Assembly: GCF_009914755.1 (NCBI RefSeq)
Contig: NC_060947.1
Length of the DNA stretch: 64,000 bases
From: the human T2T-CHM13v2.0 reference genome, Homo sapiens
Direction: 5' to 3' (one strand)
Shown here: one piece after another, positions 50,718 to 64,000 of the stretch
Layout of the letters: the number at the start of each line of letters is the position of its first letter
Position numbering within the stretch: position 1 is the first letter of the stretch
Notes under the pieces: model-generated
The model's database searches: none
Told to the model about the DNA's origin: nothing
What the model saw: the letters and a program-made list of their open reading frames with translations, nothing else
Made by a program: the position numbers and the translations under genes

Positions 50718-51756
50718 TGCCCAACACTATTCTAAGCACTTTACATATATTTAATTTGCATAATGATTCCATGGGGTGCTATTATTATCCCCATTTTCAG
50801 GTGAGGAAACTAAGACACAGGTTAAATCACCTGCCTAAGGTGTCTTAGCTGCTGCATGGTGTTTCTCTCATTCAAACACAAGTGGTCTGACTAGAGTTTG
50901 TGACGATACCATATTGCTAAAAAAGGGCTTAGCGTAGGTCCTGGCAAAAAGGAAATACTCAATATTGGTGATTTTATTATTGTTAATTATTATTATTACT
51001 ACTCTCTCCCTTCATCCTTGATTAAATCTAAAAACAGAGGCTGGTATTTAGGGAGGACGCCTCCACCTCTACCACACAAACAGCAACTGGTGACTGTGTG
51101 ACAATTAACCTTATATATAGTGACTTGGAAGAGTACACAGCCTGAGCTTTCACAGATTTCCTTCATCATCATATTTCTTTTATTAAAACAAGACTCTGGG
51201 TTTTCTCCATGGAGCTGAGTAGGGGGAAAGGCGTTTTGGTGTCTTGACAACTATGGTCCCTTGCAATTTGAAGTCACAGTTCCCCTGCAGAAAGTGCAGC
51301 CCTGTGCCCCGCTGTGAATTGTGAATGATGAATTGGGAGGCTGCAACTAGAGTTTTCTCACTCAGCAGGCTTCTTTCCAAATTCAATGTGAGTGATGTAT
51401 TTCCCAACTTTTGTATCAGGGCCAAGGTCAGAGCTGACCTTGCAGTTTTTCTAGGTACCTGCAAGAATACTGGCGAGATGGAGAGGATACATTTGAGGGT
51501 TGGGGGCAGGGAAAGTTTGAGAAGGAGGCTGGAAAACAGTGTACTCATGTGGGTAAAAATGCGTGTGAGGGCTCCCCTGTGTGACTGTAAATGTTGTGTG
51601 GGACTGAGACGTGTGATCCATGTCTCTGAGGTGTCACATAGCAGATTCATTCTGTGGCTGCATACAGTAACTATAAATACCAACCAAAAGAAAGATTTTG
51701 TTATGTCCTAGCACATTTGCACATTAAATATTAATGATAAAATAGTAGCAGTAAGT

Positions 51757-52149
<393 letters not shown>

Positions 52150-53294
52150 TTAAGCCAATTTGAAATTTATCAAACTTCTAAGTCTTTATTTTTATTTATT
52201 TTTTTATTTTTTTAAGAGACGGGGTTTTGCCATGTTGCCCAGGCTGGTCTCGAACTCCTAGGCTCAAGTGATCTGCCCACCTCAGACTCCCAAAATGCTG
52301 GGATTACAGGCATGAGCCACAGTGTTTGGCTTCTAAACCAATTTTTTGCTAGTGTTTTTTTTTTTTTTGTGTGTGTGTGTTGTTGGGGGAGGTTTGAAAA
52401 TGGTGGGGATTTTGAGGCCCTATAGAAATTAGAATGTTTTTATATTATTCACTTCATTGAAGACAAAAGGCTGTTTGAAATTTTTGTAGAAAGTCTAGGC
52501 TGGAGAAATATCTAGCCTTATTTTTAAACCTGGAGGAACCACACATGTAACCAAACTGTAAGATATGTATCTAAATTGACACAGATTGTACTTTTTTGGG
52601 GCAGTTCATTCATATTTAGCTGAAATCTCTTTGGGTTTTCATTACTTCAAACAAAAATATATTCTGGCATTATTTAAAGTATGAAAATTGCCCAGAATGT
52701 CATCTTTTCAATGTCATTAAAATATTGTCTGGTTTTTTAAAAAAATCAATTGGTACATAACTTTGTGCTAGAATGGTAGCCAGCAATTGCATGGCAGCTG
52801 GAAGAGCGTTGGAGTTCAATATTGGGAATTCTCATTTTGTAATGAAGGGTTTTCTTTTAAAGTTCATGGTTACATATTTATGCACACATCTCCTACCTGT
52901 GGGTTATCTTCTATATGTAATTGTGTATGGGCTTATGAAAGAGGAAAAAAATGGTAGATCAGTCTATTGTGTCTTTCTGTTAACTTATACACATACTCAG
53001 TTCTACTGCTAGACCTGGGTCCCTCATTTAGAACACCCTACTTTGGCCCTCCTCTGGCCATGCCTCTCCTTCAGCCAAGGCGTCTGTGGAGCCAAGTAGG
53101 CAGCCCTCTCCTTCTACACCCCAGAATTCCCTGCCTGATGGCCCCAAGCTCCCTTCCAGGATCTCTGTGAGTCTCTTCTGGGGCTTCATTTCTCTGAGAG
53201 TTACACTGAATATCAAGGAGCTCAAGAATTTGAAAGTATTTTGTAAATATAACTTTTAAATATTTAGATAGATGACATATGAACTTCTGTTTCC

Positions 53295-53800
53295 ATTAGC
53301 CTTCACTGTGAGGCAAACCACCCAAACCATAGAGGCCTGGAACAAAAATGATTGGATATTTCTCATGATTTTGTGGATTTGGTGGATGGTTTCTCTGCCG
53401 ATTTTTGCCTAGGCTCATTTGTGCCACTGCATTCAGCTAGATGGGCGCCTGGACTGGAAGGCGAATGATGGCCTCAGTCAATGCCTGGCAGTTGTGCTGG
53501 CTTGGTTCTTCTCTATGTGTCCTCTTGTCCTCCAGGAGGCTGCTTCAAAGGGCAGCTAAAGGGCTCCATTCAAAGGGAGTTAATATGGAAGGTGCAAGGC
53601 CTCTTAAGGCTTAGCTTTGAAACTCACAGAAAGTTACTTCTGCCAATTCTGTTGGTCAAAGCAAGTGACAAGGTCAGTCCAAATTCCAGGCAGGGGAAAT
53701 AGACTCTACCACTTGATGGGAAGAGCAGCAAGGTCACTTTGCAGAAGGACAAGCAGGATAGAAGAAATAGTCACAGTTATCTTTGCAAACAATTGACCAC
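53295..53800 (-). mobile_element. Old MLT (MaLR) LTR
   Basis: TTCTCATGATTTTGTGG..CTGCATTCAGCT..GCAAGGCCTCTTAAGGC..ATTCTGTTGGTCAAAGCAAGT..CTCTACCACTTGATGGGAAG. Confidence 0.55.
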
Positions 53801-53897
53801 ACGCTCTATTTGTATTCTTGTCCCATACCCCACAGATGTTAGGGATGGCCCTGCAAAAACCAGTGATGATAATACCACCAAACTTTTATCCATTCCC

Positions 53898-54199
<302 letters not shown>

Positions 54200-54378
54200 T
54201 ATCCATTCACTTTGAATGTAGTCATTTCATATAGTGAGGTAGATTCAGAGAGTTTATTTAAGGGGAAATATAAATGCCAAGGCTTGGAAACTGGTTGATA
54301 TGGAATTGTTGTTTAATTTGGAAAAGAACAGTATATAACATTCAGTGCTTGTCATTAATCCTATGATTTTCTTTCTAA

Positions 54379-54606
<228 letters not shown>

Positions 54607-56444
54607 TAGTTTGGGATTTGAAGCATGACTTCTCACTTTTTAACTACCATGCTAAATTCATTTCCAAGAATTTTTAAAATGAAAGATTGAAAGGAAAGTT
54701 TGCAGAATTCTGGACTCCCAGATCTCAACATAAGACTAATGTAGGTTGTTATGTTCATGTTTGGTAATAGTAAATTCTACTGCCAAAGGATAAAGAGCAT
54801 TTGATTGAGATTGGAAGCAAAGGAATAGTTAATGAAAATTATATCAATATACTCATTTGTTGTATTCAGAGTAAACTTCATTTCTTGCTCATTGTGTCCT
54901 GGATTTTCATGGCTTACAAAATGTACTTAACACCTCATCATCTTTTGACATCACTTTTGAGAACTCTGGATGACCTTGTGGTTGTCATATTGTTCTTGTT
55001 AACTTCTAAGTTGGCTCTAGGGAGATTCACTTTTCTCCCATGGCCACTCTAGCAATGACAAGCTCACACACACATACTCACACGTGGATGCATAGAAACA
55101 TACATATGTTCTCAAATACATTCCCCTGCCCCCCGCCAAAGTTGGAAATGTCTGTTATTGGAGGATATTCTGTTAGCATTGGATCTAATTTTTATGCTAA
55201 GCTATTGGAGAAGGCCACCTCAGGAGGGAAGTAGGAAGATTTCAAAGCCAGATAAGGTAATTATTTTGAGAAGGCAAAAATAGTATGGTTTTTTTTTTGG
55301 CTCTTTTTGACAACTGTGAGTTACACCATGTAACTTGCATTCAGTAACACCTACAAAGAACTCCTGAGAAATTATAAAAATCATTTTCCCTTCCCATTTA
55401 CATTTTCCCAAGATTTTAAATACATGAAAATTAAATATGTATCATTTTACAATAAGTAAAACTCTTGGCAAAATAAATAATTAGATACCTATTGTCAATT
55501 GTAAGGAAAAATGTACTTAAATTTCACAACTAGATATAAATCACATGGACTTATATTTTCTATTAGGAGACCCAAATTTAGTCTTGGAAAATTATAAATG
55601 GGAATTTACAAGGATGTCAGGGTTTTCTCCTAACCCAAAAGGAAAATTCTCATACTATAAAATCATAAATAAGACCTTGAGGAGTGAGTTTACTAATACT
55701 TTTTTCCCTGTAGAACATTAATTCATGTTGGTCTTTGATTTACCATTCTTGTCCATTTCCTATTTCCCTTCTCTGGCTTTTCTTAATAGACAGATGTGTA
55801 CACACACATGTGCACACACACACACACGCGCGCACAGTCATGCATACAGAAACATTACTGAAAGATAAGAAAACTACAAGATTTCCAGGCATATGCTCCT
55901 TTTGCATTTGTTATAACCCAAAGATTTCTATATTCAGGACATGAAGTGGTTAACGATAACTTAAATAACTTTCCAGGGGTGTCTGGAATTTTAACATAAA
56001 AGTTAAAATCAGTGTCAATATGCTTTGTTTGAGGAGGGTACTGTCTACAGGCTCCTTCAAAATCAATAGAAATGCAAGTAAATTGTTAAGCACAGGGTTT
56101 TTGTATTTGCTAGCTTCCTTTTAAAAATCAAAAATTTTATTTCTCAGCTCCATTGAAGAAATAAAAAAAGAGCAAAAATTAGAAGAAAGGTCGCTCATAA
56201 ATCCGTCACAAGAAATAACTGCTAATAAAGCAACTGGGGATATTTCTTTCCAGGTTTTGTTGCATGTGTGGGTCCATATGCATAACTTCATATGCACACC
56301 TATATATTGTAAAAATTAGCTGATATTATACATACTACTCTAACTTAATTTTTAAAATTAGTTGGTATTATACATACTACTCTGTAACTTAAAACTATGC
56401 ATTCCTCATAGACATAGATTATGTCAGTAGATAACTTTTCTTTT

Positions 56445-56745
56445 CTTTCCTTTTCTCTTTTCTTTTCTTTCCTCTTGTCACCCAGGCTGGAGTGCAATGG
56501 CACGATCTCGGCTCACTGCAACCTCCGCCTCCTGGGTTCAAACGAGCGATTCTCCTGCCTCAGCCTCCCGAGTAGCTGGGATTACAGGCACTTGCCACCA
56601 CGCCTGGCTAATTTTTGTATTTTTTAGTAGAGATGGGGTTTCACCATGTTGGTCAGGCTAGTCTCGAACTCCTGACCTCAAGTGATTGGCCTGCCTCAGC
56701 CTCCCAAAGTGCTGGGGTTACAGGCATGAGCCACCGCGCCTGGCC
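56445..56745 (-). mobile_element. Alu
   Basis: Antisense dimeric Alu in intron 3. Confidence 0.92.
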
Positions 56746-56921
56746 AACTTTTCTTATTATAAATAACACTGTAATAAACATCCTTGTGTACACATCTTTA
56801 TGTCCTTATCTAAATGTATCCTTAGGATAAATTTCCAGAAATGGAATTATTGGGTTGAAAGAGTACTCTAAATTTCATTTTTGATGCATATAGCCAAATT
56901 GCCTTTTAGAAAGTTTATTTC

Positions 56922-57208
56922 AGCTGGGTACGGTGGCTCATGCCTGTAATTCCAGCACTTTGGGAGGCCGAGGCAGGTGGATTATCTGAGGTCACGAGTT
57001 CAAGACCAGCCTAACATAGCGAAACCCCGGCTCTACTAAAAATAAAAAAATTAGCCAGGCATGGTGGCACCTGTAATCCCAGCTACTCAGAAGGCTGAGG
57101 CAGGTGAATCACTTGAACCAGGAGGGAGAGATTGCAGTGAGCCAAGATCATGCCATTGCCCTCCAGCCGGGGCAACAAGAATGAAACTCTGTCTCAAAAA
57201 AAAAAAAA
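56922..57208 (+). mobile_element. Alu
   Basis: Dimeric Alu with A-tail; flanked by AAAGTTT(A/G)TTTC. Confidence 0.92.
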
Positions 57209-57304
57209 GTTTGTTTCTAGGTCTTTATATTTTTTTGATGTTTTAAAGGATAACTTTTTCCCATCAACTGCTTTCTGTGGTATAAAGTAGAAGTCATCAA
57301 ACCA

Positions 57305-57497
57305 TTGCCAGTAGGCAAAATCCAGTCCACTGCCTGGAAGTTTTATTGGAACACAGCCACATCCATTCGCTTATGCATTATTAATGGCTGCTTTTGCACT
57401 CCAATGGTACAGTCGAATAGTTGCAATGGAAACTGGATGGCCCAAAAAGCCTAAAATATTTACTCTTTGACCTTTATAGACAGTTTGCCAATCCCTG
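57305..57497. mobile_element. MER58A-like MITE
   Basis: AAGTTTTATTGGAACACAGCCAC..AAGCCTAAAATATTTACT..AGTTTGCCAATCCCTG. Confidence 0.75.
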
Positions 57498-57627
57498 ATG
57501 CCTAGTATAAAGTAAAGCTTTGAATGTATGTATTGGATTCAATTAGAACTGTCTTATTAGTTGATAGCTCCTTGGTAGCTTCTTTGAATTTCTTAGATAG
57601 TTAATAAAGTTAAGAAATACCAGAACA

Positions 57628-57971
<344 letters not shown>

Positions 57972-58581
57972 TTATGCCTTGCTTGGGTGGTAATGCCTCC
58001 AGTATTTCCCCTGAAAACGTACACTTTTTTTGTTTGTTTGTTTTAGATAGTTATTCTTTTTTGTGTTCTGTTGTTCCTAGTTTGCAAAAAGCTGCTGCTC
58101 AAGAAAAATGCCTCTTTGCCATTTATCAAGAGACTCAGATGGAGTATCTCTTTTAACTTATCTTGATTTACCCATGCTGAACTAAACTTATAATTTTGAA
58201 ATAAATCCTGCCTATTAATGGTTTGTATTTTTTAAGACATTACCAGAATTGAAGAAGCTAGCATTTTGTTTCACACATTTGTCTCTATATTTATGATTCA
58301 TATTGGTTTGTGATTGTTTTGTGTGCTAGGTTTGTCGAATTCTGTTATTAAGATTGTGCTGGCCTTGTCAAACAAAGTGGGAGGCTTCCTATATGTGTTT
58401 CTATGCTCTGGGAAAGACATAATTCAATAAATCCCAAGTTACTCTATGACAAGCACTGTAAAGGCCAAATTCACAAACTGACTGTAGGGTTCTTGCTTCA
58501 TATGTCAAGAAGGAGAGCAAATGGTGGAAAAGGATCTCTTAAAATTAGTATTTTTTAACAAAAATAGGTAAAATATAAAAT

Positions 58582-58914
<333 letters not shown>

Positions 58915-59547
58915 TTATTTTGAGATAATTCAAACTTTGATAAGTTGAACAAATAGCACAAGGAACTTCTATGTACCCTTTACCCAGATTCCCTGATTAT
59001 TACCATTTACTACATTTGTTCTATTATATATATACTTTCATTTTCCATCTGTAAATATATATATAGTGTATCATCCTCTACATATATACTTATATACTTT
59101 TATACACATGGGCAGATAGTATATGATAAAATAATATATCTATAAATGTAGAGATAAATATCGATATAAATACAGATACATAGATTTTTTTCTGAACTCT
59201 GCAAGTATGTTACAGATGATTAGATATTCTTAAAGTGTATAGAGGTTTTCAAATGTCAAATGTGCTAAAAATCTTATTTCTTTTCCTGAAACACTGAATC
59301 TTTAAATTCTATCTATATCTTTTAATATATTCTATATCTATCTATTTATGTGTCTGTCAGTCTAGCTACCTAGTCATCCAACTATCTATTCATTTATCAT
59401 TCTATCCAGGTAATACAGGCTCATCGTAGACCAACCACAAATAAACAGCAAAAGAAGCATACTTCACCACCCAGCAATAACAACTTTTTAAATGCAAATA
59501 TAGGTATAAAATTATACATATCTTCTAAGGGATCATATAATACATTC

Positions 59548-59862
<315 letters not shown>

Positions 59863-60080
59863 ATATACTATAATTTACTTAATCAATGCCTGTGTTATTT
59901 AGGTTATTTTTTATGTTTTCTTCATTGTAAGCCACTTGGAACATGAGTTTAGAAACATCAAGAGCTGGATTTGAATCCTGATTCCCTTTCATTTACCCTC
60001 TATATCACTTTGGGCCAATTACTGATCTCACCTAGTTCAGTTTTCTTATCTTTAAAATGGAGATAAGAATATACATATCA

Positions 60081-60320
60081 GAGTATGCAAAGGCATACAG
60101 AGTGGTGTAATAGACCTTGGACTCAAAGGGGGGAGGGTGGGAGAAGGGTGAGGAATAAAAGAACTACAGGTTGTGTACAAAATACACTACTTGGTGACAG
60201 GTACACTAAAATCTCAGACCTCACCATTATCCAGTTAACCTACATAACCAAAAACTACTTGTACCCTAAAAGCTATTGAAATAAAAAATATATATATTTT
60301 GAAAAAAGGGGAAAAAAAGG
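60081..60320 (+). mobile_element. L1PB-like 3'-end fragment inserted in a MIR (about 59940-60420)
   Basis: GCAAAGGCATACAGAGTGG..CACTAAAATCTCAGAC..CTTGTACCCTAAAAGCTATTGAAATAAAA; degenerate TSD GAATA..CATATCA. Confidence 0.7.
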
Positions 60321-61454
60321 AATACCCATATCATAGGGATTTTGTGAAGATTAAAGGAGATGATTTATATAAATTACCCAGTCCAGTTCCTGGCACATAG
60401 CAGGCCTTCCGTAAATATTTGTCCTTTGTTCCTCGCTTTGTTTCAAAGATAGTTCTAAGATTCATGAAGTAATGTCTATCAAATGCTTTAAGTTTTATTC
60501 TGGTATTATCCTTTGTGTAAATATCATGTGCTTTCAAAAATATTGAATACTGTCAAGATATTTTTGCTCACTCTTGATAAAAAGAGAGAACATCCCAAAA
60601 TAAAACCCAATACTACCAATCGAAAGAATACCATTTTCTTAAGGCTGATAGAAAACACACAGATACGGCTGTCCAATTTGTGAAATAAAATGGACTTGAC
60701 AGACCTGGCTGATGAAAAATTGCCCTCTACTGAAGTGAGCAACCTGGCTTTGTGAATTTTTTTCTTTAAATGGCATATAAGACTCAGATTCCGACTTGGG
60801 AAATAAAATTACTTCCTATTCTCTCCAAGAAGTGAGATTTTTTAAAAAGCCGAATATAATCATATGTTTGTCTTAAGATCCACATTCTATAAACCCCCCA
60901 AATTTGTCTTCATGTGACCATGAAGAAGACACAGCATGCATTGCTTATGAATGAGCAGATGGAAATTTAGCAAATGAGCACTTATGAAACATGAGGCAAT
61001 GAATGAGATAGAACACTTATGTCACACAGAAGACAGATGACTCAAGGTACGGCCAGATCATCTCTATTACGGAATAGCTATCTTTGCCAATATTTTGTGA
61101 AGAAATGCAATATATTATTTTCAAGCCCAGCTTCAGCAGAACAATAAGATGAAGTAGGGACTCTGCATTAATGAACAGAAAGAGATGATTGTGATTCATA
61201 GACCATTTATTTGTAAATACCTTCTGGCTGAGATTCAAATAGTTCTCGTAATTAAACACCACCCCCTCCCCAAATAATCTTTTTTTCTGTAAATGATCCT
61301 AGCCAAATCATCTTTTGCAGACAATGGAAATCTGAAAACTTCAGTTCCTATAAAGTCATTTAGTGATTAGGAAGTTCAGATTATTGAAAACAGTGAATTG
61401 TCATTTTCCTCATGTTGTATGTATAGTAGAGCTTTGACTTCATAAAGTTCTTAA

Positions 61455-61783
<329 letters not shown>

Positions 61784-62224
61784 TGAAACAAGTAATATCA
61801 GACTAGCAAATGTGGGGATGCAGTGGGGAAGTGCTAAGGACCAAGCATCCATTGTGGTGGGCTTTTTATTACTAGTGAAAACTCAGCTTCTGTAATTTTG
61901 TGTGAGTCTCCTATGTAAACTGGGTGCACCCCTTCAGAGAAGATTCCCATTTTTCTCAGATCATGCTGGCTCTTTTTCACGTGGCCACATAGAAAGCAAC
62001 AAATTGCCAAGTTACAAATATATCACTACAGTCCTATATGTGCAAAGGGGTGCTGCATGAAGATTTGGGCCTGTATTGAAGACTTTTGGAATGTGAGATT
62101 AAATAATTTTACTTGAAAAGTTTGTTGTTATTCATAGTTTTCCTGCTCTGATATACCGTTTGAGTATTGGTAGGTGTGCGTGCTGCATGGAGTGTGGGGA
62201 GAAGGTAAGAAGTTGTCAGATTAG

Positions 62225-62623
<399 letters not shown>

Positions 62624-62807
62624 TCATTACACATTGTATTCTTGTATCAGATAATCACATGTACCACATAAATATGTAAACTATAATGTATCCATAATCA
62701 TTGAAAATTGGAAAACTGGACAAATATAGAAATTTTTTTTTCTGAAGGCTCTGTGGAAGATGTGAATGTATCTCTAGGATATGTTCTCTTTCTAAATAGC
62801 TAAATGA

Positions 62808-63172
<365 letters not shown>

Positions 63173-63836
63173 CAGACAGGTTTTCTTCTTATGTGTGCTT
63201 TTCCACCCTCAGTGCATGTCCTTGTCTTACTTTTTGACTCTTGTCTGCTCTAAGCCTTCCATTTTAAGATCTGATCTCTTCCCCTATTGCTTTAATGTAG
63301 CTCCTCTGTCATTAGCGGTTTCTACTACAAATAAGTTGGGTATGCTTGGTAAGAACCAGCTCTGTTCATTCCATTCATTCTAAGTTGTATGATATTCAGC
63401 TGGCGGGAAGTTCACCACTTCAAATAGATTGAAATGCACAACATTTTGATTGTACTACTCTGTGAAAATAGTCTTATTTACCAAGCATTTACTTTTATTC
63501 CTGGCACTAATTGCTTTCAATCATAAGTAACAGACAGCCCAACTCAAACTGGCTTAAACAATAAAATATGCTGATTCATGTAACCAAAAAGCCTAGTAAT
63601 TATGTAGACTTCAGGTAAGGGCTGATCCAGCAACTGAACCATGTCATTAAGGATCACATTTTTTTTTTCTTTCTCTCTCTACTCTGACATCCACCATGTC
63701 GTATTTCCTTCTAAGTCTGTTTGGTCATGAGATTGTTGCTAATAACCAGAATTTATACTTCCTCATTCATATCTAGCAAGAGGCATTGTGTTAGACACAA
63801 GGGATACAGAAGTACAAAGATTAATAAGGTCCCCTA

Positions 63837-64000
63837 GGCTGGGCGGGGTGGCTCATGCCTGTAATGCTAGCACTTTGGGAGCCTGAGGTGGGTGGATCAC
63901 CTGAGGTCAGGAGCTCAAGACCAGCCTGGACAATATGGTGAAACCCTGTCTCTACTAAAAATACAAAAGTTAGTCTGGCGTGGTGGCGGGAGCCTGTAAT
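63837..64000 (+). mobile_element. Alu, cut by window end
   Basis: Left arm and start of the right arm. Confidence 0.9.

Noticed and set aside
51183-51711. Overlapping 166-aa (-) and 128-aa (+) ORFs in PHEX intron 2
   Set aside because: No recognisable homology, processed-pseudogene hallmarks or convincing splice sites.

Overview
Primate (very probably human X-chromosome) genomic DNA. It is repeat-rich and carries two protein-coding genes on the + strand. The first is the 3' end of SMS (spermine synthase): the end of the penultimate exon, a terminal minor-spliceosome (U12-type) intron, the last exon and the 3' UTR. The second is the 5' end of PHEX (exons 1-3), whose start codon lies about 38 kb downstream. 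Between and within the genes are a full-length decayed L1PA element on the minus strand, an older L1MA fragment, about 40 Alus, nested LTRs, MLT/MER/MIR relics and microsatellites. Almost every ORF in the supplied track is Alu-, L1- or low-complexity-derived noise. I see no prokaryote-style novel system (no CRISPR, operon or RNA gene). The most interesting unexplained structures are: (1) an in-frame stop plus AATAAA just inside the SMS U12 intron, suggesting an alternative C-terminus; (2) an open L1 ORF0/antisense-promoter region pointing toward PHEX; (3) a perfect ChoRE-like CACGTG-N5-CACGTG inside a MER5 relic; (4) a 153-bp locally templated inverted duplication with snap-back AT-rich flanks inside the L1MA; (5) a PHEX uORF and a stop-free potential exon 2-3 circle. 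Repeat subfamily names come from remembered consensus sequences, and repeat boundaries are approximate.
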